The notes below the pieces were generated by a model. That model was not told the origin of the DNA, ran no database searches, and saw only the letters and a list, made by a program, of their open reading frames with translations. Shown here in pieces: positions 1 to 12,305 of a DNA stretch of 64,000 bases. Position 1 is the first letter of the stretch. The number at the start of each line of letters is the position of its first letter. The translations under genes and the position numbers were made by a program. The stretch lies in the NCBI GenBank assembly GCA_001662655.1, contig KV460240.1. One strand, 5' to 3'. This stretch comes from Pseudogymnoascus verrucosus. Its lineage: Eukaryota.

Positions 1-260
1 TGTGTTATTATGTGAGCGTTTGTTTTTTTGTTTACACATGACATTCTATCACATGCGTTGCCACTCTAGCACCTAAATATAAAGCTAACAATAACTAACC
101 GTAATATTTATAGCACAACTAGAATATATATATTTTAATAGTCTAAGTAGTAACGTAAGTCATGGTGTAAAGTCGGTAATGGGGTAAAGTCGGTAGTGGG
201 GTTAGGGCCACCCCATCAAACCACATCACAACTACAACTCCTACTACTACAACTAATAGA

Positions 261-2567
261 ATGGTTGAACGTAGGAGTATTAAGGCTTAAGAGCTTGATT
301 TTTGACTTTATGAAGCTATTTTAGGAATAAAGTCTAGAAAATTTAAATCTTCATATGCTGCTGCAAAGGCTTTAGGGCTGTGTGAAAGGACTCTACAGCG
401 ACGTATAAAAGGTGGCAAAACGTATATTGAAGCGCGTCAAAAACAGTAGTTATTATCTAAAACTCAAGAGCAAACGCTCCTAAAGTGGATTAAGGAGCTT
501 ACTATAAGTGGCTACGCTCCTAGTCATTGGATATTACGTGAGGTTACAGAGGAAGTCCGATCAAATAAGTGTTGCGTTTTTCAGCCTCAACTACAACAAC
601 AGCAACAACAAACACAATAACCTCAACAACCTCAACCTTAAATACCTAACTTACCTCTTAGGTAAGAGTGGGTTCTACGATTCATTCAAAGGCATCCTAA
701 CTTACGTGTTAAGTTAGGACGTAGAGTTGAGGCATAGAGGATGAATGGGGTCACAAAGCAGGTGTTGAAGGGGTGGTTTGACATGTATAAGAGCCTTATA
801 ACAGAGCTAAAAATCGAAAACTACAACACCTATAATATAGATGAAACTGGATTTTCAATTAGAACTATATAATCTACACGAATTATAGTCGACTCTACGC
901 TCTATATACAATTTCAAGCTCATCCTAGCCAACAAGAATAGATGTCTGCTATTGAATGCGTTTGCATAGACAGAACAGCTATTAACCCCCTTATTATTTT
1001 TAAAGGACAGAACATCCTACAAAGCTGGATTCTAAAGGAGGTTATACAAAAATGGCACTTCTCTGCAAATACAAAAGGATAGACAAGCAATCTTTATGGA
1101 TTAGAGTGGCTAAAACGCGTTTTTGAGCCCTCTATAAGAGTAAAAGCAACACTTTTAAATGGAAAACTACAACAACGGCTCCTTATTTGCAATGGTCACG
1201 ATAGTTATATAAGTGGAAGCTTTATATCACACTGCATTCAAAATCGAATATCACTCCTTATACTACCTTCTTATATATCTTATGTTCTACAGCCACTTGA
1301 TATTTCGATTTTTAGGCCCTTAAAGCAACACCTTATAACTGCTCTCTTACACCTAAATGAGGCACAACAGAAGTTAGAATAGATAGATGCATATATTACT
1401 GCAAGAGCAGCTGCTTTTTCGACTTTAAATATCAATTCTGCTTAGAGAGGGAGTGGGCTATAACGTAAGTCGTGGCCATAACGTAGGTCATGGTGTAAGC
1501 GGCGACATGGTGTAAGCGGCGATTTCAGAAAACACACCAAAATCCACATCACGTGACTGGAATTAAAACCTTAATAACTTCTGTAATAATGTTTATAGAG
1601 CTTAATACTCTTAGACTATTACTCTTTGTATAGTCATCTAATATATGTAAATTTGCTAGTAGCGCTAGTCGTATTTTATAGTATATATTAAGGTTTTAGC
1701 TTTTCCTATATATAATATTTGTATGGCAAAACTTTAAGTGTAAATAACTCTTAAATAAGACTAGCTTACATTATAGCAAATTAAATCCTAATGTATACAT
1801 ATATAGAGACTAATAATATAAGAGCACTAAGCTTTACAAGCATTATTACAGAAGTTATTAAGGTTTTAATTCAAGTCACGTGATGTGGATTTTGGTGTGT
1901 TTTCTGAAATCGCCGCTTACACTATTTATGTCGCCGCTTACACCATGACTTACGTTATATAAAAGTAAGAGCAGCTGCTTTTTCAACTTTAAATATCAAT
2001 TCTACTTAGAGAGGAAGTAGGCTACAGCCATTCTAGCCGCAGACAGTTATATAAGCAGCTACGCTTCCTACTACAGACGTAGTAGTAGTAGAACGACTAT
2101 ATACTCCTACAGAGCATGATATTTTTAAGAAGGTATTCTTAAACAGTAGTCCACCTGATTTTAATACCCTTCAAAAAGCGAATTCTGTGCTCTCTACAGC
2201 CTTAAATCAAGGTGTTTTGAATACTCCTACAAAGCGATATATCAATAAGTTAGCAGATGAGTCAGAACGCCTTAATACACACAATACCCTTTAAAAAAGA
2301 GAGTGTAATAACTTACGTTCAATTATCCAAAAGCGAAGAACACAGAATAAGGGTAAAAGAGCAGTTTTGAAGGGTCAATTCCACATCTCAACAGAGGAGT
2401 TACGGTCGCAAGTTATAGAAGCAGAAGCAGCAACAGCAACAGCAACAGCTTCACAGAGGCATAGAACAACACCACAACCTACCTCAATAGTTAACTTAAC
2501 TAATAGTGAGAGTGAAGAAGAGAGCGAGGAGAGCGAAGATAATGATATAGATGAATTAGGGTGGTAG
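261..2567 (+). pseudogene. DDE transposase pseudogene (HTH-psq, CENP-B HTH, DDE_1), interrupted by a MITE
   Basis: ATG at 261 reads MVERRSIKA*..SSYAAAKALGL..QEQTLLKWIKELT..DETGF..LLICNGHDS..LQPLD. Many TAA/TAG stops consistent with RIP CpA->TpA; acidic tail in ORF 2367-2567. Confidence 0.88.
1481..1955. mobile_element. Non-autonomous MITE-like element with ~135-bp TIRs (Fot1/pogo-type ends)
   Basis: 1481-~1613 is the reverse complement of ~1819-1955. ACGT termini, TA on both sides (1479-80, 1956-57), AT-rich non-coding interior. Confidence 0.88.
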
Positions 2568-2674
2568 TAATTGAATTATTTGCTATTTTTAAAGGTGGTA
2601 GTAGTTTGATGGGGTGGTTCCAACCCCACTATGCCGGTTACGCCATTGTGCTGGTTACGCCACGACTTACGTTA

Positions 2675-3647
2675 TCCTTTTGTGTTTGTAGAGAAGTGCT
2701 ATTTTTATATAACTTCCTTTAGAATCTAGCTTTGTAGTATATTCTGTCCTTTAAAAATAATAAGGGGGTTAATAGTAGTTCTGTCTATGCAGATGCACTT
2801 AACTACAGACACCCATTCCTGTTGGCCAGGATGAGCTTGAAATCGCGTACAGAGTGTAGAATCAACTATAATTCGTGTAGATTGCATAGTTCCAATTGAA
2901 AATCCAGTCTCGTCCATGTTATATCCATATTATAGGTGTTGTATGTTTCGATTTTTAGCTCTGTTATAACGCTCTTATACGCGTTAAACCACCCCTTCAA
3001 CACCTCTTTTGTCACCCCATTCATCCTTTGCGCCTCAACTCTACGTCCTAACTTAACACGTAAGTTAGGATGCCTTTGAATGAATCGTGGAACCCAGTCC
3101 TGCCCAAGAGGTAACTTAGGAGGTATTTGAGGTTGTAGTTGTTGAGTTTGAGGTTGTTGTTGTAGGTGTTGTTGTAGGTGTTGTTGTAGGTGTTGTTGTT
3201 GAGGCTGAAAAACGCGAAAAACGCGACACTTATTTGACCGGACTTCATCTGCAACCTCACGTAATATCCGATGGCTAGGAGCGTAGCCGCTTATAGTAAG
3301 CTCTTTAATCCACTTTAAGAGGGTCTGCTCCTGATTTTTTGATAGGAGTTGCTGTTGTTGCCGTGCCTCTTTCTGTGAGGGCCGCTGCCTATTAACACGG
3401 TCTAGGACAGTATCTGGCCTTAGATGTAAGGCCTTTGCAGCAGCATATGAGGATTTATATATACCAGATTTAACTCCAATAACTGCTTTAGCTAGTAGAT
3501 TTTCGCGTTCTTGAGCTTTTAAGCTAGTTTTGCGCACCATATTAATGACAGGTTAATGTGGTGGTAGTCAAGTCTCCTGGATTTGATGGGGTCGCTCACC
3601 CCACTATCCCGATTACGCCATCCTCCCGATTACGCCACGACCTACGT
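2675..3647 (-). mobile_element. 3'-truncated Fot1/pogo-like transposon (5' TIR plus N-terminal transposase)
   Basis: TIR ends ...GACCTACGT at 3647 followed by TA. ORF 3540-2866 (HTH domains) and frameshifted ORF 2917-2726 (MDETGF..QEWVSVV) are homologous to the 261-1080 region. Confidence 0.88.
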
Positions 3648-3802
3648 TACTAACACATATAAGCTATTACTTATAGACTTAAGTAATAGCCTTATAAATA
3701 GTATAAATATAGTTAAGTTATATATATATAAGAGCTAAAATTAATTTATTATAATTACTTAGATAGGTGTTTTTAGGTGTTTTTAACATAGTAAGTATAT
3801 TA

Positions 3803-3897
3803 TAGGGTGGCAATTCTATAAGTTTTAAAAGATAGGGTGGTAATTGTGTAATTTACGATAATTTAGGCGGTAATTCTGTAATATTATAATTTTAGGG
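3803..3897. repeat. Three ~30-bp tandem repeats (TAGGGTGGYAATTSTRTAA..) in AT-rich RIP-like DNA; probable remnant of a transposon end
   Basis: Units start at 3803, 3833 and 3864. Confidence 0.55.
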
Positions 3898-4607
3898 ATA
3901 GGGTTGAGACTAAGATTGCTATGACAAAAGATGGGCACCTTAATGTAAGCTGTTAAATCTACTATGCATAAATAAGTCTAGCTGATATTGTTAGAGTTCA
4001 AATAAAGTACAATATTAAAGTAAATTGTATCTAAATTCTCACTCTACTTAAGGTTAGAGGAAGTGGGATGCGTGCCTTCGAATTTTAGAGAAGCAAGATG
4101 CCTAGTTTTACACTAAATTACTAAGTGCCTTCACATAGTAAATTATATATAAAGTGACTTTAAGTTAATAATTAATTAAATGAAGTAAACTCTTATAAAT
4201 ATATAGGCCTTAACAAACATACTATTAGTACTCCAAAGAATAGTATAGTTAACATTACGCAACGAGTAAAGAATAACTATGAGAACCGTACATGACCATC
4301 AAAGAAAGATCACAACTTATACAGTCATAAATGCATTCGCACAAACGAATATACGCCTAGCCCCGAGAACGCTAACTGTGGTTGGTTTCTTAATTGGAAA
4401 TTTTGATATTGTGCACCTAATAATTGCCAGTTTTAGGCCGCACCACAATGATTGAACTAATTACCCGCTTCATTTTAGATATGCTAAGTTAACCAAGTGA
4501 AGTTGATATAAAGATAAATTTAGCTAAAAGGCAGCTTGAAAGATGTGCCCGTCCCTGCTTGCGCCGTACTCCCGCTTAACTTACGCCATGATTTTGGTTA
4601 AGTTCAG

Positions 4608-6496
4608 TTAGTAATTAACTGATTGATTGAAACTTCGAGACCAAAGAAACCTGTTCCTCCTCCCAGGATCGGTACCTGTGGTGCTAGCCTCTAGTGATGT
4701 ACTTCGGTTGTGTATCTCCTAATCTGTTGTTAGCAGGCTGTGCTGGTTAATTCGTGGAGGCTACTTACATCCTCATCGGCGGAAATGAAGCAGTCTAAAA
4801 TGATTTCCCTTGCATTGTCATGCTTCTCTAAAATCACAGGTGTACTGTGGCTCTTCATAATAGGCAGTATGACACCTCCAAATACCTCAAACTTTGACCA
4901 GTTGATACGGTCTCCTTTCGGCCCTACAAAGGTCTTGCTTCCTTCGTCCGCCGAGGCCAAGTCACGTCGGGACAGAGGCACATATGGTATCCGTGGCAGC
5001 GTTGAATTTTGCCAGGCCAGTCGATAGGCAAAATGGCTCCTTCGGACCCCCATCAATATCTCGAGTCTCATAAACTGTTTCCGGCATTCATCACTTATCA
5101 AGGCTTGTGTCTGCGCGAGCCGTCCAACTGCCGTATTCTGAATCCCCGCCATAACGGCGGCCAGGCCATTATAGTTGTTCATCTGCCTTAGTTTCCATGC
5201 GATACGCATGAACTTCTCCAATATCTGCGCTCGATGCTTTGCCTTGTCTCTCAAGAGAATCAAGTTGGTCACCCACCATGCCACATGATTAAAATGGTTG
5301 ATGGCGCGGGTAACATTGACGAGGCTTTTGCATTTGGCCTTTTGTTTTGCTGAAAGGCTCACATCACGAACCAGATCTCGTACGCGGACTGACGAAAACA
5401 TGATCCAATCCATTCTAGTGATTTCGTCTGCGAAATCATCGTCCGAAATCTCCATGCAATTATGGTACAGGAGCTTCGTTAGTAGGTGCTTTCTTGACGG
5501 CACGAAGGTCGCAGCCTCAATTTCATAATCTCTCACTGTATGAAAGGATGAAGGTTGGCCACCGGCTGCTGGCGCAGCTTCACTTGACGTTACTGATACG
5601 GTCTCGGAATGTCGACGATCTCGTCTGGAATTCTTCTCATCAGCTAGAGATACATTGCTAGTGTTCTTGCTCGGATCAGTACTCCGTGAGCTGCGCGTCG
5701 TGGAAGATGTGACTGGGACAAGTTCGTTGACTTCCTCCACGTCAGAGTCTACCTCTAGATCACTCTTCGCCCATCGAGTATCGTCATCTTCCACGACGTG
5801 AAAGCGAAGCATAGTCCTCATCTCTTGAACGGCGTAATTGAAAGCTGGTTCAGTGGAAATCTGCTCGACAAAAGCGCTGAACTTCTGATTCGTCTGCGGA
5901 GCGGCGAAATCGCCTGGATACTGCGAAATCCATTTCGTAAGGACAGCGATGATCCGAAGCTGCACGGTAGTTCGGGTCAGGAAATGTTGACCTTTCTCAC
6001 TCGTAGATTTTTCCAACCGGGACAAAATGGCAGTCAGTAACATCCCGGGAGACGCAAACTTCCTATACATGCACAGGAATACGTCCGTAAAATTCGAATC
6101 TGCCTTCGACATAGGCTGGCTTAACAGGCGATCGACAAGCTCGTCAAATGTAAACCCAGACACCTTGGCGTGTCTGTCTGGAGTAACCTCATCACTTCGC
6201 TGGAGTATGGGAATATCGTCCGAGTAGCGGGGAGAGTCAATTTCGGAGTCATCTACATCGACACTTGAAGGAACGCCTCCAGAACGCTTCTTCTCTGGTG
6301 TATCATCTTCGTCATCGGTTTGTGGGGTATCTATCGTAGTGGTGTTGCACTCCAATTGGCCTTGCGACAACCGTGTTTGGCCGGTCGTTGGGACATCTGC
6401 CTTCTCCTGGAAGACCTGAATTGTGTCCGTGTCAACCTTTTGGCGCGTGGGTATAGTGCGACTAGACATTTGAGGTGGTGGAATCGCCCTCGGCAT
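4608..6496 (-). CDS. Ras guanine-nucleotide exchange factor (REM plus CDC25/RasGEF domain; Bud5-like)
   Basis: FDELVDRLL..FLCMYRKF (REM) and MNNYNGLAAVMAG..PRIPYVPL (CDC25). Intron ~4768-4719, then a last exon EIHNRSTSLE..FLWSRSFNQSVNY*. 5' start uncertain. Confidence 0.85.
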
Positions 6497-7096
6497 CGAG
6501 AACTCGGAGCGAACACTGTTTGTGACAGCTTAGATCAGTTCCCCTCCCAGGCCTTGGCATGCATCACTGCCTGCCCCGGCTGCAGTTGATGAGCCTGCTC
6601 AAGGTTTAACTGCGACCGAAATAACGAGGTGAGCATCGAGTACTCGTGGGCATGGGCCTGCGGTTGACGGACTGAGAACTGGTTTCCAGATTATGGCTTC
6701 AGTTGAGGTTGACGTTAATCGGCTACTTCGGGATAGTCGCTCAGGCCCGTCTATGTGGGGTAAGTAAGGGTTAAGGGTGAAGGGTGACGGGTGCTCTAAC
6801 GGGCTCGGCTAGATTTCTTTCCGTTAAATCCTAGTTTAAGATAGGAAAGTGAGGAGCTGAGACCACGATTGTCTCAGAAACAGATGCTTATTTATTGAGT
6901 TTAATTATTATACAGAAGATTAGGGGTAGTGTTTTTATGATCATGCTAATCAACTTCGAAGCTGCTTCACAAGCTCAGGCACACGCATTTGATACTTCAG
7001 TAGTCGTGGAATAATTGCTACGAATCGCTAACCACGCACGCCATGCAGTGGAATGCTGGCAAAATTAGGAGGATAGGAGGGCATAAAATTTGATTT

Positions 7097-7977
7097 CTAA
7101 TATGCATCTCCGTTGAGGAGCTGCGCGATGATCTTTGCGTTTTCCTCAGCAACCTCGTCCTGGACCAGTCGAGCAACATCAACGCCGTCTGCTGCGACAA
7201 GCTTCAAAACGAGGTTAGCATATTCTCTTACACCCTCACCGGCCTTTCCAAACTCCAGCTTAGCCTTGCCCAACGCGTCTATCCCATCCTGCGTCCCTCG
7301 ATCGCTGTTCCATGGTCCTGACCTTGAATTGCCCCTGCCCATACCCCCCCTTCCACCTCCCCTACCTCTCTGGAACGAATGATCGTTGTTCGATCCAAGC
7401 GTATTTGGATCATCCGTCGGCGGAAGAGTAGCACTGTATATCTCTCGTAGTTGGGAGCGTAGACGCGGGTACATGATAAAGAGTGACTGTAACTTTTGAG
7501 AACTCTCCAACACTGAGAATATGTTGCCCTGAGTGGAACCTGCAACGGTTCCTGGCAATGATCTTATTGATCCATTCTGCGTTGCAGGTTCGGCAGCAAG
7601 AGGAGTCAGACTTCTGGTCACTGGTGCCTCACAAGGGACGGCTCTGTGTAGAGTTGCACAGGCCACAGAACAACTACCAACTGTTAGATTCATTCGCAGG
7701 TAACTGGTAATCAAAGTCCTCACTATGGAATTTCACATCGAGAACACTTATACTTGGCCTGCTGGTCGTTGCACACCCCGCACAACTTGCTGCTCAAGCT
7801 TGCTTTTGGGGGACTCTGGTCTTCAGTGGCGGCGGCTTGTGGAACTTCAGCGATTTCTTCAGGAAGGCTATGGTCTACCTGCGTTTGTGGTATATCCGGA
7901 TTTTGGGGAGACTGCGATTTGTCTGGTATATCCAGAACCTCGCCATTACCGCCAAGGTCAGCAGTGGTGGGCTCCAT
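7097..7977 (-). CDS. HIT-type zinc-finger protein (Hit1/ZNHIT3-like)
   Basis: CGVC..KYKCSRCEIP-Y-CSVAC..H is reconstituted across a 50-nt intron at 7723-7674. Confidence 0.85.
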
Positions 7978-8206
7978 AACTAGTATTCAGAGGAGACGAC
8001 GGTCTAGATCCGTGATGGCGGTGGAAAGTCGAACGGATGGGTCACGTGCACAAAGTATCAATCGTGCTGAGTCATATGCCGTCATTCCGGAAATCTACCG
8101 GAGATCAACCCAAGACATCATATCGTCCCGAGTGTGGTAAATATTCTAGAACTCCTACTACTCACAAAGAGTGGTTTTTGTGAAAGAAGTATCCACAAAC
8201 AGCACA

Positions 8207-9217
8207 ATGGCATCATGTCGAGCGCTCGGCACAGTGGCATCGTCCGCAAGGATGCTAAGGCCAACCAGAATAACCCCGAGGGTTCCAATCACATCCGCAT
8301 ATAGATGTCTTCACCAAACCGGAAGACTACCATCGATGGGGGCGACAAATTCAGCGAGGAGACCAACTCTACAGCCATTGCACCAGCCATCAACTATACT
8401 ACGCCCAGCAGCTGCGGCTGGCGGTAGTCGAACTATATTTATTCAGACGGAGAATACACCAAACCCGGATGCTCTCAAGTTCCTCCCCAACCAGCGAGTT
8501 CTACCCGAGGGCCTCTCGACGCCTTTCATTGAATATATGTCGCCACGCTCAACTCTGGCGCCTCCACATCCCTCTCCGCTGGCAGCAAACTTGATGAACA
8601 TAGACGGGATCACATCTGTGTTCTATGGAGTGGATTTCATTACGGTCACGAAGGCCGCCGATGCCAACTGGGCGCATATCAAGCCTGAAGTTTTCAGCCT
8701 CATCACCGAAGCCGTTACTTCCGGACAGCAGATGGTGAACATTACGGAGCATAAGCCAGGAGAGCAACATCATGAGGGCGCGGAGGAAGACAGTCTTGCA
8801 TATAACGAGAATGATAGTGAGGTTGTTGGAATGATCAAGGAGCTTCTGGAAACACGGATTAGACCCGCGATCCAAGAGGACGGTGGAGATATCGACTTCA
8901 AGGGGTTCGAAGGAGGCAATGTACTGCTCAAGCTCAGAGGTGCCTGCCGTACATGCGATTCGAGCACGGTCACATTGAAGAATGGTATTGAGGGAATGCT
9001 GATGCATTATGTGAGTAACCCCACCCCCCTGACAAGAATCACTTTCTAACATCAAGCACAGATCGAGGAAGTAAAGGGCGTTGTTCAAGTTCTAGATCAG
9101 GAGGAGGAAGTGGCTCTGGCCGAGTTTGCAAAGTTTGAGGAGAAGCTGAAACAGCAAAAGGGAAGCGTGCCGGCGTCAACAGAAGGCAAGGACAGCCTGG
9201 ACAGTGTGCCGGGATGA
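8207..9217 (+). CDS. NFU1: Mitochondrial Fe-S cluster scaffold/carrier Nfu1
   Basis: IFIQTENTPNPDALKF, IRPAIQEDGGDI, GACRTCDSS. Intron 9011-9061; Arg/Ser-rich presequence. Confidence 0.95.
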
Positions 9218-10613
9218 AGCATCACGTACACTGTAGACTGTATAGTATCGTGAAGAATTGGATGTATACTAGAACAAAACCGCAGGGATGGGACATGCGT
9301 GTATATACCCAAATGAAGCATTGTGCAGACATAATTGGCCAGGGTGCCACTTCCCCGCTTTCTCGGTGTGCAGGGCCCATCTCGATCGAAAGCCGAAGGT
9401 TTATTGTAAGGGGTGATCCATTGACGTAGTGGTGGTGTAGGTTGGCGGGAGAGGGAGTAGAAAGGTGGAGGAGAAGAATGCCAGCAGTACCGGAAGTTAA
9501 ACACAGCCACGGAACAGTAGATGCTGTGGAAGGATAGGTTATATCAAAGAGTCACGAGGGGTGGGTTGAACAGCGGTAGTAAGTTTTTGGTGTACCGTGA
9601 AATAAACGCCAACCGTGAACCGTCAACCTGTCAACATCAGCCAGTGCTACACAGACTCACAGACCTGCGCTTTGTCGAGCTCTTTCTCCTGGTTTCCGAT
9701 CCGTGGCCACCACCAGAGCAACACCCCACCACACCTGATCGAAATATGAACGGAATTAGCCAGATGCAGTAGAGAAGATGGGATGGCATTGACGACAGAT
9801 GGAGCGTGATGTCATATAGAGATCGATAGCTTAGACCTTGGAGGCTCAGTTCCCGTGTATTGTGAACTTTGGAGAGATAATTGCTAGGGGGACCAAGCAG
9901 TACAGAAACGACAGGTGGCCTAGAAAGGCAGTACTCCGTGGAGGGGGAAAGGAGGAGGTGGGGTGGAGGGGGTGGAGGGTGGTGGTGGAGGGGCGGGTTT
10001 CCCAACAAGCATGGGGTTGATTAACCATGGGGCACATGGGTGATGGGTGATGGAGGAGGGGGAGGGTGTGGCAAGGGCCAGCCAAACAAAATACACAAAG
10101 GACACAAGAGCATTGGTCGTAATTAGATCATGGAGGCAGGAATGGTCGTACAGTACGGTGCCTCGTTTCTTCAAGGACAAGGGAGGTAGGTGTGAGGTAG
10201 GTGTGAGGGAGGTGTAAGGGAGGGAGACGGATGGGAATGGATGTGGCGGGATGGATGAGGAGACGGAATAGAATACTGGAGTAGAGGAGGTACAGCACGA
10301 ATATATGCGAACATATATATACACGGAAGACAAAGCATAATACTGCCGAGGATGCTGCGTCTGCTAGTAGATTACTGTATGAAAGGTAGAGTGAGGTAGA
10401 AAGAAGTAAGATGGTACGGGGAAGCAGTTAGAGCTAGCTGTACTGTCTGTCTATTGTCGATTCGATTCGATGTTGAGAGATGGGATGCTGAGGGTTGTCG
10501 AATAGTAGTTAAGATACCAATACTATACTGTGGCGTCCTGTAGTAGAGCAAGTACCATCTCTAGAGATGTACATACTCAAGCACAGGCAATTTATTGCTA
10601 CCTGTCTCTTCTG

Positions 10614-10670
10614 TCCCTTCCGTCGCTTCTGGTCTCTCTTGTCTCTCTTGTCTCTTGTCTCTTGTCTCTT
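10614..10670. repeat. (TCTCTTG)n-type microsatellite
   Basis: Visible imperfect tandem TCTCTTG/TCTTG units. Confidence 0.7.
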
Positions 10671-11361
10671 GACGCTGCTCCTGTTCCCCCGCAGTTTACC
10701 AAGACACACGCTAACGGCTAGTGCCATCAAGTGTTACTCATTCGAGTCTAGTGCTACGGTAGCCCCTCTATCTCCGCAATATCATCAAAGTATACAGTAC
10801 GAGCAGAGTCAACGGGAAGAGTCAACAACGATCAACGTACTCTACTACAGTATGTATAATACTCGAAAATGCTCGAAAATACTCTACTCTATAAACTTGC
10901 CGTACTTCGTACTTCGTACAGCGTACGGTACGGTACATGCTAGTCTCTCTACTGTAGTGTAGTATATGACTGCTATAGCAATACTGTACCGTGTTATGGG
11001 ATATGGGTACAGCAGATGACTGAGGATTTGCTTCCCTTCCCACCCTCATATTGCGCCTCTTTGTTGTGGGTGGTGGCAATGGCAACCTGTGGCAACATGA
11101 GAAGCGATCGATCTTACCAAAGCATCAAAGTTGTCGTCGGTCCTTAGAGGCAGCTCTATACATACATGCGGTGCACATAAAGCACATAAAGCACATAACG
11201 CATGGCATTTCTACCTACATTATAGATCTAGATCTCCCTCTAGCTCTGTTCTCTCACTCCACACATAACAATTTCATACTAAATATCATACTATTCCTAT
11301 GGTAGAGTAGGTAGAGTAGTAGTAGCAAAGTAGAAGTAGCATAGATCACTCTAGAGTTATG

Positions 11362-11415
11362 TACGCATCTACGCATCTACTCATCTAACGCATCTACGCA
11401 TCTACGCATCTACGC
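11362..11415. repeat. (TACGCATC)n 8-bp tandem repeat
   Basis: About 6 imperfect copies. Confidence 0.75.
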
Positions 11416-12305
11416 CGCACTGCAGACCTGCACTACTGGCTATTAAACCGCCGTTACTTCTACGGCTACCTAGACAGCCCACCCTCCACATGTACTCAGT
11501 ACTTGCCTCACCTGCCTCCTTCTGACCTTTACCTTACTGACCTAACAAACTAAACTAACTAACTAACCAACCCCTACACCCCGGAACAGGCCCAGACAAC
11601 CTAGACGACCCAGACGACAGAACAGTCCACCCACCATTCGACCACTCGACCCATTCCAAAGTGGAGAAAGTCTTCTACTTTACCTCCCCTTCCATCTTTC
11701 CACCCTCCCCAAAACCCGCACACCTATCGTCCATCATTTGCAAAACATCATCTTTCATACTTACTCTTACTTACTCACATACATATACACACACATACAT
11801 ACCCTTTGCGCGCCATCTTCTCTGCTCGACATTCAATCTGTCTGTCCAAATTCCCTTACACATCTCGCTCTCTGCCTCTCGTCGCATCAATCGCCACCCG
11901 CCGTCACAAAGCTTAGGCTCCATCCCCACAAAGCTCTCGCGTGTCGCCTTTCAAAAGCTCATTGCCACAAACAATCGATCCGCCACAACATATCCTGTGT
12001 CGCCTTGACCTTACAATACCCTGAGAGAGTCTACTCTGACACTTTCAACCCCATACCTCACATACACCGACTGCCATTATTGCGACGGGATATAACTCCC
12101 TAGGCTAGGCTGTCGCGTCCTCTCTCTCCAGACGACAATGGGCAATGAATAGTTGAGGCGAATTCAGCCTTCTTTATCCTCTCAGGAGGCCTGGAACATT
12201 TCATTTGGGTTATTAGAATAGGAGAATCTAGACTTTGAAAGGATCGCGATCTGCATTGGCGGAGGAAATATATCACTCCTCGACTGTACAACATATTAAT
12301 ACGAC

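Larger units (their letters stand above)
153..2672 (+). mobile_element. Fot1/pogo-like (Tc1-mariner) DNA transposon, RIP-degraded, probably composite
   Basis: Imperfect ~70-bp TIRs starting ACGTAAGTC (153..) and ending GACTTACGT (..2672), each flanked by TA (151-152, 2673-2674). Encloses a degenerate transposase. Confidence 0.88.

Noticed and set aside
508..717. Asn-rich ORFs 508-717 (+) and 3048-3260 (-)
   Set aside because: Alternative-frame readings of the Gln-rich transposase linker.
6757..6803. Interstitial telomere
   Set aside because: The period is 7 bp and there are no exact tandem TTAGGG units.
9637..12103. Many 60-137 aa ORFs in the NFU1-PSP1 gap
   Set aside because: Low-complexity and microsatellite-derived, mostly non-ATG starts, no recognisable motifs.
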